Shown here in pieces: positions 1-13,400 of a stretch of DNA of 64,000 nt (the stretch's first letter is position 1; each line of letters begins with the position of its first letter). The stretch lies in NCBI GenBank assembly GCA_964016885.1, contig OZ024741.1, positions 347,386,001 to 347,450,000 on the forward strand, in the 5' to 3' direction. The notes under the pieces are model-generated. The model was given only the letters and a program-made list of their open reading frames with translations, was not told where the DNA came from and did not search any database. The position numbers and the translations under genes were made by a program. The DNA comes from Eledone cirrhosa. Taxonomy: Eukaryota.

Positions 1-254
1 GAAGGTAATGTTCTGCTGTAGTAGTATTTTGAAATGTTCTTGGATTTAGGGTTCATTTATTGAGAGTCAAGGGTGAGGAAGTTGTGTTGACAGCAGCCGA
101 GAAGGGATATATTTATGGGTTCATAAGGTACTTACAGACATTACTGTGGTATAGAATTAAGAAGGCTAAAATGTACTTAATGATTATATTTCTGTGGTGG
201 TTCGTGCAGTATAGTGGATATCGCAAGTTGAAAGCTAAGTTACGTCTGTTCGAT

Positions 255-2545
255 TCACGCAGGCTTAAATCTTGCGAATTTAGTGGCGATCCTGTGTCTG
301 CAGAAGATTGATCTTTCTACCTTGTTGTTGAGTAGCCTTTTTACATTTCTAAGGATATATAGTAATTCTAGATCACAGAGCCTACAGTGGGACATACCGG
401 TACTGTAGGTCTTTGCGGCCGACAAGATTGACCAGCTGATATTGTAGTTGGTGTTATTGTCCTTAAGTTCCCATATTTTTGTGGCGAGGGTTGTAGAACC
501 CATAAGTGCACGGTTTTTCATCGAGTGTCTGTGCACATACCATCTTTTTTTAAAAGTACCCGCGGTGGATCCAATGTAATGCCAAGTGGAGTTGTCTGAG
601 TTGACCGTACACATGAACACTAGGCTCGAATCAAGGCATCTATTCGTCAATGTGCACCTATCCGGTAGGTGACAGTTACAGTTTGAGGTGTTATTTCGTG
701 CAGCTTCCACACTGCTGTTTTGTACACTGCTATAAGTGGGTTGTGATTTATGCCCGTTGGGGTTTTGCTGCTGCGTGCTTGTATGCGCTTGCGGTTTTGA
801 TACTGTGATGTGTTTATGTTTATAATTTGGAGCTATATTGCGCATAGGTGGGGCGGATTGCCTAGCGGTATTTCTGTGGTTGATCTTGCGTATCTGCGAT
901 TCTATATTTGCTGCCGTAGAGTATGAGTGTTTTATAGTTTTTCTATTGAGTATTTTATGATATCTGTGTGAAATAGGGAAGTGTTTATCTATTAGTTTAA
1001 AGAATGTAGAAGGCAGTCTAGTTTTTACAGAGGAGTTCAAGATTGATTTGAATCATAGGTATTTTCTTTCTCTGATTCTTCTATTGTTTCTAGGGTTTAC
1101 ATTATTGGTGTTTGGACCACTTACTCTAGGTGCTACGTGCCTAACTCTATGTATAGTCCTGTTTCCTCTATTTTTGTGTGAGCGGTTGGTGTAATTGCCA
1201 GTAGGTTTGTTTAAGTTGTCTTTATTCACTATAAACTGCAGTTTATCTTTATGTCCGGCCATATGTAATGCTGCGTTATAATAGTTAGCTTGTTCATTAA
1301 ACATTTCTAGGTTTGAGGATAAGCGGGATATTCTAAGGGATATACTACGTGCTATGGATCTGATTATGGATTTGGGGTGGTTTGAGTTATAACTAATGTA
1401 GGCCAGATTCTCATTATTTTTGTGGAAGGGTTCTATTAATCCCGTATTTAGATTTGGAGTCACATCTAAAAAGTTTACCTTTTTATGGTTCAGTTAGTAC
1501 TTAGGCCTAGTTTTTTGAAGAATGTTCTAATGTTTTTTCTTAATCTTTCCATGCTCTGGTTATTTAAGTTCCTAGCTATAAGGAGCGTGTCGTCTCTATA
1601 AATCCCTCCTTGGAGGTTACTGAATTCCTTATGTAGGTTGTGTGCTATAAATAGCCCCACGACGTCAGTGATTTGCACAGAGTCATTTGATCCCATTGTG
1701 ACATCGAAGCTGTTTATCCTATCTTTTCTTACCCAGTAGCTATTTTCAAATGTTATGATAGTCCTTCTAGTCGCTATTATTATTTCAATTTCCTCAGGGG
1801 TAAGATCGGAGTTAGTTTGGGCAAATATAAGCGCTTTATCTAGGCTGGCTGGGGATATGGATGCATAGTAATCGTTTATATCGAATTGTATGAAGTTATA
1901 TGTCTCCCTATTTCGTATTTTATTGAACCATTCAGTCGCCTCGTTAGTGTTACCTCATAAATTGATTTCTAGTTTACCCTTTATTTGAGCGATTACCGTA
2001 TCTAGAATGTTCTTGCTAATTTTACCTATATCTGACTTAGATGGGCATATTAATCTGATAGTAGGGGTTGTTTCAAAATTATTTTTGTGATCCTTCAGGT
2101 TAAATATGGGGTTGCATGGGGTTAGAGGCTCGGTCCTATCAGGTATTCTGAGTTTATTTACTATCCTAAGGCCCTCCACGTTAATGCTGGTGTGTGTGGA
2201 TTCGTTTGTTTTTTTTGTATTTTTTGTGTAGTTCACGCTGAATAAAATTATTGTATGTGTTAAGGTCCATAGAGTATACGTTTGATGTTTTGTCTGCCTT
2301 TACTATGATACCGTTAGTGTCTTTTAGATTTTTAGTAGTGTATTGATGTCATTTTGTAATTTGTTGTGGTGTGTTCTTTTTTTTTTATTTAGTTCCAATT
2401 ATCATATTCATAAGGTCCAGCTCGAAGGCATCGAGTGTGGGGTTATTTGAAGGGTTTTTGCAGGATTTGAATACGCAATTCTCCTTAGAAAATTCTCTTG
2501 CGTTAATAGCTGCTACTTTGTCGAAGTGGTAAGCCTTCCATCGGA
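255..2545 (-). pseudogene. PLE reverse transcriptase + C-terminal GIY-YIG endonuclease, disrupted
   Basis: Motifs RVRWKA, FIQFDINDYY, GSNDSVQITDVVG, GIYRDD, SNHP, CxCx5C (CNCHLPDRC), YIGST..FKKRW, CRLC. Interrupted by in-frame TGA codons at Trp positions (1955, 1053) and a frameshift near 1490. Confidence 0.9.
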
Positions 2546-3154
2546 CCCTACATCCAAGAACATTTCAAAATACTACTACAGCAGAACATTACCTTCCACC
2601 TGTTATAATTGTTGTCAGCATGTTTTCTCTTTATATATATATATACTAAAATAATAAATATATATATATATATATTGCCTCTTTAACCTCTGTATTAACT
2701 TGCCTATTATATTGCTACTCTGTTAATGTTGTCTTATACACGTATGTTATTGATGATGAGAAAGCTAGACAACCCTTTCATCTAATATAGACCACATAAA
2801 TATTGAACCTAACACCACAAATATTACTATCCTCACTACAGTGATAACTTTTTCATCTGTCAGATAATAAATGATTCTTACGGCCACCAGACCTACATTA
2901 TTTAAAGCCACCGGCTTATCTTTTCACTATATATAATATACCCCATGACAGCTTTTACATGTCAATTTTATTCATCTGCCACATTTCAGCTAGCTTTACA
3001 CGCTAAAATCGTAGATATACTATATTTCTCACCTAGATTGATTTTGAGATTATTTCAAATAATTTATTGCTAGGATTGCTAGCATTGTTGTTACTGTTCT
3101 GATTGAATGCCATTACTACTATATATAGTAGCAATGCCTGTATATTCCTTTCAT

Positions 3155-3278
3155 TCTCACAAGCTCCGTCCGATGAATTGACTGGTTACAACTATGTATT
3201 GGTGATCTAATGACGTGAAAACAAGCGGGTAGCGATCTCTAGACCTACCAGTTCAGAGAAACAATTGTCAGCAATGAG
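3155..3278 (+). ncRNA. Degenerate type I hammerhead ribozyme with long stem II insertion, in the PLE pLTR
   Basis: CCGATGA (3170) - tgactggt...accagttca - GAAAC AATT GTC (3258-3269); flanks tctca..gct / agc..tgaga can pair. Homologous to 47652-47762. Confidence 0.6.
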
Positions 3279-3328
3279 ATTATAAACCTATTTTGTGTAG
3301 CAAACCGTGTCACTATTCATTCCTGAGT

Positions 3329-3400
3329 TATATATAAATATTTATATTTATATATATATATATATATAAATATATATATAGATATATATATATGTATATG

Positions 3401-3487
<87 letters not shown>
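3329..3487. repeat. (TA)n / (TATATG)n microsatellite
   Basis: Direct reading. Confidence 0.98.
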
Positions 3488-3490
<3 letters not shown>

Positions 3491-4757
3491 AAAGTTCTAT
3501 TTAAATTGTTGGGATACAACAAGCAAATATTTTTATAACTGATATAAAGCACTCGACAAATATTTGGAGTAAATATACGATATTAATAAATGGAAACTAT
3601 ATTTATAAAACCATATTTATTTCATTATACATATTTCAAGGATACCATGTTAAATTATGGTATGCCTTCATCAGACAAATACAATATATACCAGTTTTAT
3701 AAATAAACATTGACGTACCCTTTCAAAATGCGACCGTTACTTTTGGAAGACTTCAGCATAGTGGTTTGTTTATTTTAGTAAGTCGTTGTGTTAAGGAGAA
3801 GGAAAAAGACGGAGATAGAGAGAAACCGAGAGATATAAAAGTGGAGAAAAGAAAGGGAGAGATAAATAAAGAAAAAGAAGAAAGAAAAAAGAAAAAAAGA
3901 AAACAGAGAAAAACAACAGAGAGATATCAAACCACCAGACAGAGAGAACAAATCAAGAGAGAGAAATATAGAGATAGAGAGAGGGGGAGACAACGAAAAC
4001 CTTAAGTCATGTCATATTAAGTTGAGTTAACAATTGAGATGAAATGAATAAATAGAATTAGAAATATTAATATTCATGAATGGAATATACATATATAATA
4101 TGAGAAATTAATCATTGTTTAGTTATGATTAGATATTTAGTTTAATAATTGAGATCAATATATAAAAAATTGGAATTTAAACATTACTAAATATATATAT
4201 TGCTAGAGAAATTACCTATCATATAGCACGTACATATACGCACAAATACATAAATATATATATATACACACACACTCAGAAGATACACACTATATCTACT
4301 TCCGCATATAATATATACATAAAAAAGCATAAGTGATTTTTTTTATTACTGCTATATATTCCTTGTTTTATTAAATCACATTTTTTAGTATATATATATA
4401 AATATATAGGATTAACTTTCATGCATTTATGGCTGTTAAATTATGCATATCTGCAATCAAATTGCATGGGTACACATGTACATGTACATACACAATTCCT
4501 ACATATACATATATAAACATATGTGTGCATCTTCACCCAATTGGTAGAGATGCGTCACTCATGCATATATACAGACCAACATATATTCATAAAGATGCAC
4601 ACAACACATGCATATGTATGTTAATACACATACATACATACTTAGTCGTATATAGACAAGTACACATCCATATATTACATAGTACAATTGAGTATATAAA
4701 ATACAAAAGGATTATATATTGGAAATATAATTATATCAATATAACCTAAACCCAAGG

Positions 4758-5151
4758 AATTCTACAAATATCAAAATATTAAATTATTTTAAAATAATTA
4801 ATATATTTTAAAATATTATAGAATATTTTAAGTCAAAATAATATGTTTAATAGATTTAGTATAGAAATTTATCTTACGTATATTTTATTCAAGATATTGA
4901 AAGGATAAACTTTTGAAAATTATGAGAAGCTATCAGAATAAAAATAAACCTAATAAAAAGTAAATAAAATATTATATCAATGTAACTTAAAAGACAAAAT
5001 AATTCTACAAATATCAAAATATTAAAATATTTTAAAATATTATAGAATATTTTAAGTTAAAATAATATGTTAAAATAATATGTTTAATATATTTAGTATA
5101 GAAATTTATCTTACATATATTTTACTCAAGATATTGAAAGGATAAACTTTT
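4758..5151 (+). repeat. Local direct duplication of a ~155 bp AT-rich unit (4758-4914; 5001-5151)
   Basis: aattctacaaatatcaaaatattaaa...caagatattgaaaggataaactttt occurs twice. Confidence 0.85.
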
Positions 5152-5319
5152 CTAGAATAGTTTATTATATTTATATTTATATTTAGGAAGAAAATGTATT
5201 CATACTTGAGTATTTAACCAAAGAAAATGAAAAAGGTGAAGGAATCTAGGCAGAGGCCTAACATCAGTCTAGACAACATTTGAATGTCGCATCATATCTC
5301 TCCGACAACATCTACGAAC

Positions 5320-6304
5320 CTCGAAGCATAGGAGCCCGCTTCTCGAGCAAGTCTATCTGCATGAAACAGATAAGATCATGAGAGTTGGGAAGGAACTCCT
5401 TCAGAGATATTCCCTGTGTGATAATCAAAAACTCACACCCAGGGATGTCACTCAGCAGTATCGCAGTGAATCTATGGATGAAAAACTGCATGCCTATCCA
5501 CAAACAATCATGCATGGATATGTTGCCAGGAAGCTCCAGAGTGAGAGTAATATAGATAAGGAAAGTAGTCTATATTGGACCAACAACCGCTATATTGGCT
5601 CCCACTTTGAAGGATACGCTTTTACAATCCAGGAACAGGAGATTAGCACGAAATGCCTGATTCTCAAAAGTGATAGGGATGCAGGCTAAACACCTAGATG
5701 TGATATCAAGTGCAGACTCTGCAGAACTAACATCGAGGATATCACCCATGTCATCAGCAGCTGTCCAAAGATGTAATCGCGGTACTATCTACCTATGAGG
5801 CATGATGTAGTGGCCAAAACACTGTACAATGCAGTTCGTAAAAAAGATAGCCCCGATAATAAACACGTTAAAAGCTACAACAATGTGGAAGACATCCATC
5901 TACATAATATGAAAGAGTACTGGTGGAATGTTCCAATAAAAACCCCAATAAAATGCAGGCATAACAGACCAGATATTATGATATGGGACAGGGAGAAGAA
6001 AACATGCACAGTAGTGGAAATTAGCTGCCCAGCAGATGCCAATGTAATATCAAAGATTAGTGAAAAGGAGAATATTTATGCAGAACTGATGAGAAATCTG
6101 CAGATACTCCACCCTGATTACACCTTCAGATTTATGCGTGTGATTATTGGGGTACTGGGGTATGTTAGTAACTGCCTCAATACAAATCTTGAGAAGCTAG
6201 ACTTCACAGGAACAGAAAGAGCACAACGAGTTAGGAAACTACAAGTACAATCCATTGATGGAACAGTAATAATATGTAAAACATTCCAAAAATGTTGCAT
6301 CTAA
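5320..6304 (+). pseudogene. 3' fragment of an RLE-type non-LTR retrotransposon (R4/Dong-like, third family)
   Basis: FEGYAFTIQEQEI, CRLC..EDITHVISSC (CCHC), RHD, RPDIMIWD..VVEISCP (PD-D/ExK-type), IIGVLG; in-frame stops. Confidence 0.85.
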
Positions 6305-6854
6305 TAACTGCATATACACATGTTCAGATACAAAGAATATACACATGCACACATACAACTCAAAACATCCACATCCACACATACAATAACATCCATATCT
6401 ACAAATGCATGCATACATACATATCTACCTAGTTGATGTGTAAATTCCAATGAGAGAGTCTTGTGTCTATGTTAGAAACCGACTCTCTCTCTATTGGTAA
6501 AACTTTGCGAAATTATAAAACGAGAACATGTATACATACATACATGATGATGGCTGCCCCCTCGTTATCGAGTATGGCCATTGCACGAGGAGAAAAAAAA
6601 GGAATAATAAATAAATAAAAATAAAAAAAAAAGAAATATATATATATATATATATACATATACATACACATCTACTTACACATACACACACACACACATG
6701 CACACACACACACACACACACACATACATTAATAATAATAATAATAATAATAACAACAATAATAATAACGATAACAACAATAATAATATACATATACATA
6801 TATATATATACACATACACGTACACACATAAACATATCTATACACACACACACA

Positions 6855-9800
6855 CGATAGCAACTAACAGCGCTGCGATCGAATGTGGCTTTTTAGCCCA
6901 GCCAATGATCTAAAATGTCTTGCACAGAGTCGGCAACCAAAACATTCACTGGGAATAGTCGGCTGTGGTTGGAGTTCGTGTACTTTTCCATGTCGTTTGA
7001 GCCCTCCTGCTGATTTACATTCTCTACCACATGTTTGGCAAGCATGATGGTGTAGCATCTCCAACAGCAGCCTGGTAGTCAACCACTGGTCTTACTTTAT
7101 GACTGAGAAGATGACTTTCGAGTCCAGCTTTGCTTAGGCAGAGTCTCGCACAGACGCTGCATGTCAGCACCATAGGAAGACCCTCGCCGTCTGGAAGTGC
7201 AACAGCAATGCCCTTCCTCACATCCCGCTTTACTTTCTCGTATGCGATTCGAGATGCCTCAAAGGCAATTTTTCCCTCATATACCGTCTTTCTCCATTTA
7301 TGACGATCAGCAGCAATATTTTCCCATGTATCAGCAGAGATGTTAGCGTCTTTCAGAGAGACCCTCAAGGAATCCTTATACCTCTTTTTTGGTTTATGTG
7401 GCGGTCGTTTTCCTTTAACCAACTCTCCATAAATGAGTTGTTTTGGTATTCTAGAATCCTTCATCCTGGCAAGGTGACCACTCCAACGGAGTCATTGCTT
7501 AAGCACAAGAGCTTCTATACTGTCACACATAGAGCTTTCCAAAATCTCGACATCACTGATGTGGACCCTCCAGTGAACGCAATGGATCCGTCTGAGACAC
7601 ATCTGATGGAAACGCTCCAATTGCTTAAGGTGGTGTCGATATGTGACCCAGGTCTCGCAGGCATAAAGAAGACAAGAGAGCACACATGCCCTGTACACCT
7701 TTACCTTTGTCCTCCTGCATATGTCTCGCCGACCCCAGAGTCGCCTTTCTACCTTTCCGAAAGCATCACTTGCTTTCCTAATTCTAGGTGAGATTTCACT
7801 GTCAAGGTTGCTGTATCGATTGACAGTGCTTCCCAGGTAGACAAACTGATCAACCACTCCAAGTCGTTTGCCATACACATAGATGTTTGGTTCAGTCTAC
7901 TGCTTACCAGGGGCAGGTTGGTACATGACGAGGTTTTTCTTGAGACTGACAGTCAATCCTAGGGCAGTGCAAGCGTCTGAAAATGCATTCAAAATGTGCT
8001 GCATATCACTCTCTGTGTGCGCTACAAGATCGCAATCATCTGCATAAAAGAGGTCTCTGATGATTGATGTAAATACTTTTGTCTTCGCAGCAAAGCGCCT
8101 GATGTTAAATATGCTGCCTGAGGTTCGATATCGGATGTAAACACCATGCTCGCAATTCCTGAATGCAATACAGAAAACCATGGCAAAGTATATGGCAAAC
8201 AGGGTCGATGCTGGAATATCCCCCTGTTTCACACCATTTTTTACTGAGATAGGCTCCGACATGTTACCTCCAACATTAACCCAAGCCTTCATGTAGTCAT
8301 GGAAAGACCTAACTAAAGCAAGGAACTTATCAGGGCAACCGAGTTTCTGGTGAACCTTCCATAATGCATCTCTGTTAACAGTATCGAAAGCTTTTGTCAG
8401 ATCGACAAAAACCTGATACAGATCCAAGCCTTGTTCCATGCACTTCTCCTGGAGCTGTCTAGCTGAGAAGATCATATCAGTAGTGCCGCGTCCAGCACGA
8501 AAACCAGATTGACTCTCAGGAAGAACACAATCTGCAATGTGTGTCAGCAGACGTCCAGAAGCACCCTACATGAAACTTTCCCTACGACAGAAAGCAATGA
8601 TATACCTCTGTAGTTCCCACAATCATTCCTGTTACCCTTCCCTTGTACAAGACCACCATTACTGCATCTCTCCAGTCCTCAGGTACGGATTCATTAGCCA
8701 ATACCCTTCCAAACAAAGAGTGAATATATTGCAGGAGTCTCTTACCACCATATTGTATGTGCTCAGCATGTATGCCATCCATACCTGGAGATCTTGCACT
8801 GTTCAGCTTCGAAATAGCCATTGCAGCCTCCACAAGCGTCGGAGGTACTGCGAGAACTACTTTCACAGGACTTTCTGGAATGAGATTGAGGAAATCTTCA
8901 CTGACGACAGACGGCTGATTCAAAAGATCATCAAAGTGCTCTCGCCACCTTCGTAGAATTCCTTGTGAATCACGAAGAAGTTCTTTGCCATCCTTGCTGC
9001 GAAGCGGTGTCACCAGAGAAGACGACGGTCCACAAACCTCACGCAAGAGACTGTACAACAGCTTTGTGTTATTGGAATCTGACGCAGTTTGTATCTCACC
9101 AGCCTTCTCACTCCACCACTGATCCTTCATCTGAGAAAGACTCCGCCTAACACGTGATTTTACATCCCTGAGTTCCTCATGCAACGTATTCCTCTCCTGT
9201 GGTTTTGCCGTCAAGTAGCGTGACAGAGAACGCCTCTTATCAGCCAACAAGTCTTCTATATGTACATCATTCTCATTAAACCAGTCCCGATGTTTTCTCT
9301 GCACCAATCCCAGAACACGCTTGCCTACATCATAAACCGACTTTTTAAGGGTCGGCTAATCCTCACCAAGATCTTCTTCAATGTCCTCTTCACATTTTTA
9401 TCCTTAAGACGAGCAGCATTCAATCGTTTGGGCAGGGCAACACCAGGAGCCCGGATTTTACGTTTAGTGGTTAGTTTCACTTTTGCGCGTACCAGGTGGC
9501 GGTCCGTACAGCACTCAGCTCCACGAAGAGCACGAACACACTGCACATCCTGTCTGTAACGCATCCTGACTAGAACGTAGTCCAAAAGATGCCATTCCTT
9601 AGATGCAGGATGCATCCATGTGGTCTTCAATTTGTTCTTTTGTTGGAACATGGTGTTGGTAACACACAGATCCAGCTCCTCACACATCTGCAGCAGGAGC
9701 ATACCATTGTTGTTACACTTTCACACCCTATGCCTTCCGATTACATTCCATGTGTTAAAATCCCTACACACTCTAGCATTAAAGTCACCAAGCACGATGA

Positions 9801-10420
9801 CTTTGTCTGCCTGAGGGATATTTGTTAAAACACCTTTCAGAGCAAAGTAAAAGGACACTTTTTCTTAATCGAAAGATTTCATAGTTGGAGCATGCACACT
9901 CACCAGGGTCGCATATCTTCCTTTGTTCAGCAGAATTCTCATGGACATAAGACGCTCACTAATCCCTACTGGGAATTCTTCTAATTTATTCACAAGTACA
10001 GTCTTAATAGCAAATCCCCCCCCCCAGCCTCTCTTCTGGTTCCTTCATCTCTTCCTTTAAAGAAGAATGTATATTCTCCACAAAATTCTGTATGATGACC
10101 ATCTCCAGCTAACCTCGTCTCAGATAAAGCCACGATGTCAAGATCGTAACGTCGAAGCCCCTTTGCAACAAGAGCGGTCCTTCGTTCAGGACGCTCCAAG
10201 GAATCCCTGTCAAGCAGCGTCCGTACGTTCCAGCAGCCAAGACTAAATGCCTTGTTTGGCTCTATTACAATGGCACGATGACGAGCGGGACCAGGCTGTG
10301 ATAACCTGGCGCCCTGCCCTTATTGCCAATTATCTTTTTTGTTCCAGGACCTAAATTGCCAATTATCTCTTTTATATTGTTCTGGAACATCATTGAATTT
10401 AAAAAAAAAAAAAAAAAAGT
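6855..10420 (-). mobile_element. RTE-clade LINE (APE endonuclease + RT + three C2H2 zinc fingers), frameshifted
   Basis: CWNVRTLL, LSETR, LLDYVLVR, TDRHLV, QSGFRAGRGTTDMIF, DLTKAFD, GVKQGD, YADD, FVYLGS, and three CxxC...HxxxH-type fingers; 3' end abuts (GT)n. Confidence 0.92.
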
Positions 10421-10460
10421 AATAATAATAGTAATAATAATAATAATAATAATATTAATA

Positions 10461-13400
10461 AAGAAGACGCACGAGGTGACGGAGGTCATGAAATCGCTCC
10501 CGTAAGTTTTGAATTTTTAACATATTTAAATCATTTGTGAAATAACAACTCTTAGTACAAATGCTACGTAAAGCACCCGGCGTGAGCCCAAAAAAATTCG
10601 GACCCCAAATATATTGTTATAAGGCTCAAATATTCAAATATTCAACTTTGTATTGTACACTGTATATCCAAAAAAGAAAATGGCTATAAATGGAAGAAGA
10701 ACCCCCCCCCCCCTCCTCCTCTGTCTACACTATATAGAACAGCCAAACTCACCAACACCAGAAACTAGATACACCACCCACCCCATCACCTGTGTACACT
10801 AAACCACCACTGCTCACTACGGCCATCATTACAACCATTATCCCATCACTGCCGCCACCACTCCTTCATTCCTTCACTGCTACCACCGCTACAGCACCAT
10901 CACTACAGTAATACGGTCACATCACCGCCACCACTGCCTCGGTATCGACATCACCACCACCACTGTCTCAGTATCGCTACCGCCGCCAGTCTCCCACTTC
11001 TTTTAGCTGGCTGCTGCCACCACATTATAGAATTCCTACTGCTAAAAAAGAGGAAGGCATCAAAATATATAGATAGACTCAAAAGAAAAAAGAAAAAACA
11101 AACAACAAAAACAAAGCAGCACAGCAACAACAGCAAAAAACGAGAAAAAAAAAAAAAAAAAAAAAAAAAAACCCAAAACGTAAAGAAAATAAGAATGAAG
11201 AGAGAAGCAGGCGGACGGACAGAGAAGAGGGGGGAAAAACTAAAACTTAAAAAACAAAAACTAAGTCAGACATTCGAACACTACATTACAATGAAACTTA
11301 TGCTTATTCATTTTTGGGGCCCTTTCTGCCTGTGTGTTTGTTTGTTTATGTGTGTTCGTATACAGCGTGGTGATAATGCCACACAAGGGCCAAGTGGAAT
11401 GGCGGATCCACAGATGGATATGTAACCATACATTCGCCAATCCTCGATAAGAGTGTTTAAATATCGAACATAAACAGTTCGAATAACGGTGAAATGGAGA
11501 CTAGAACGTCATGTGACAGACTCTCACCCAACAGGTGCCTCCTGGCTCAGCAGCAGGAACCTGACTGTCAACCAAATACTGCTGATGTTGGAGGAAGGAG
11601 AAGAAGGAAAGGGGCCAGAACCAACTGGACGAAAGAATTGAATAGAACTGTTATGCAATGTTACCTGAAAAGTAACCCCAAGGAGAGGGGCTACAGGAGA
11701 CGGATGCATAACATCTGGAACGAGATTGGTTTATTTAAATTAGATGAACAAAAATTGGCCGGGCAGGCTCGGGTAATAAGAACTAATGGATGGATAAGCG
11801 AGCTGGAACTGGAGGAACTGAGCAGAGAGAATGGCTTGGAGATGGCGGGTGTAGTATGCCAGACAAGCGAGCCAGTGGGAAATGAAGGTGAAGAGGTCCT
11901 GAGAACGGAGGAACCACCCGAAGCAGACAATGATCTGAATACTGAGATAAATAATACCTGGAACAGAGATACGGCCACTGAGGAGATGAATGCTGACGGG
12001 CTAGGACAAGATTCGGTTGACATTCTAAATTTAGTGGTAGATGAATTGAACAATGATAGTGGGAGACCTATGAACCTAAGATTTGTAGACAGGAAAAAGT
12101 TAAAAGAAACAACAGCTAAGGTAAACAAAGTCATCCCATACCTTGAGGCGAGGAGCCTTCACCAGTGCAACAATATCCTCAAAGCAACAGCAAATACGGT
12201 GAGGAAACTACTTGGTATAAAAGCGAGAGGAAACAACAGACAAGAAAGAGCAGAGCCGTGGTGGAAGAAGCGACTGAGTGGGCAAATCGGGGAAATGAGA
12301 AATGACATAGGAAAGCTTGAGTCACTACTGAATGGGACACTAAAAAACATAGGCACTAAAAATAGGCTGGAAATAAAATACAAAACTAGGAAGAAAAAGC
12401 TAAATATTATCATAGAGGAACTGAAGCAACGCATTGTAGCAAAGAGTGCAAAAATCAGGCGATACGAGAACAGAGTCAGTCAGTATAAACAGAACCGCAT
12501 GTTCGACAACAACCAGAAGATGCTGTTTGGACAGCTTGAGGGGAAAGAAAGAGGCAACGACTTGATCCCTGGGGCGGAGCAAACTAAAACATTCTGGAGA
12601 GGAATATGGGAGCAGGATGTTAGACACAATGCCCAGGCAGGGTGGATTGAGACAGTACAGAGGGAGATCGGTGAGCAGTCACAACAACAAACTGATTTGA
12701 GTATCACAGTTGAAACTCTTAAGGGGCAGGCCAAAAAACTAACCAACTGGAAATCACCAGGCCCAGATGGTGTGCAGGGGTATTGGATTAAACATTTAAC
12801 ATCCCTCCACCCGAAGCTGACGGCCATGTTCAATGACTGCTTGGTGTCGGGTGAGGTGCCAGAATGGTTGACAAAAGGTACCACAGTCTGATAATGAAAG
12901 ACCGAATCAAGGGTAATGATGTTACCAACTATAGACCTATCACATGTCTGTCCGTAATGTGGAAACTGTTGACGAGCATTGTGTCTGAGGAAATCTACCA
13001 TCACCTCCACACAAACAACTTGTTACCGGACGAACAGAAAGGATGCCGAAAGAAGTCACGTGGTACAAAGGACCAGTTACTTATTGATAAGATGGTAATG
13101 GGGAATTGCAGGAGGAGACACACTGATCTTGCCATGGGATGGATAGACTACAGAAAGGCATTTGACATGGTGCCTCATTCCTGGATCACCAAAAGCCTGG
13201 AGATCTTCAGGGTGGCAGATAACATCAGACAGTTGCTAGGCAGGAGTATGGGGTCCTGGGAGACAGAGTTGACATCAACTGGAGTATCCTTGGGAAGCGT
13301 GAAGATCAAGAGAGGTATCTTCCAGGGAGATAGCCTGTCCCCTCTGTTGTTTGTCCTTGCCCTGATGCCCTTGACCATTATGCTGCGAAAAGTGAGAGCA

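Larger units (their letters stand above)
1..3328 (-). mobile_element. Penelope-like element, Hydra-type, 5'-truncated, with inverted pseudo-LTR (2543-3328); 3' pLTR runs off the window start
   Basis: Bases 1-54 are the reverse complement of 2544-2597. RT and GIY-YIG ORF pieces lie between them, and the inverted arm ends at a (TA)n tract. Confidence 0.88.

Noticed and set aside
255-1957. In-frame TGA codons in the PLE as possible selenocysteine, as in Naiad PLEs
   Set aside because: They fall at Trp positions (TGG to TGA), frameshifts are also present, and the domain order is not Naiad-like.
3640-3785. Possible host exon ending at gtaagt
   Set aside because: Stops in all frames from the plausible acceptors; no recognisable protein.
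11366-11495. HDV-like ribozyme at the Dong 5' end (tcctcg plus P2/P4-like stems)
   Set aside because: No P1 partner, no GG for P1.1, no catalytic C, and the second copy has tcatcg.
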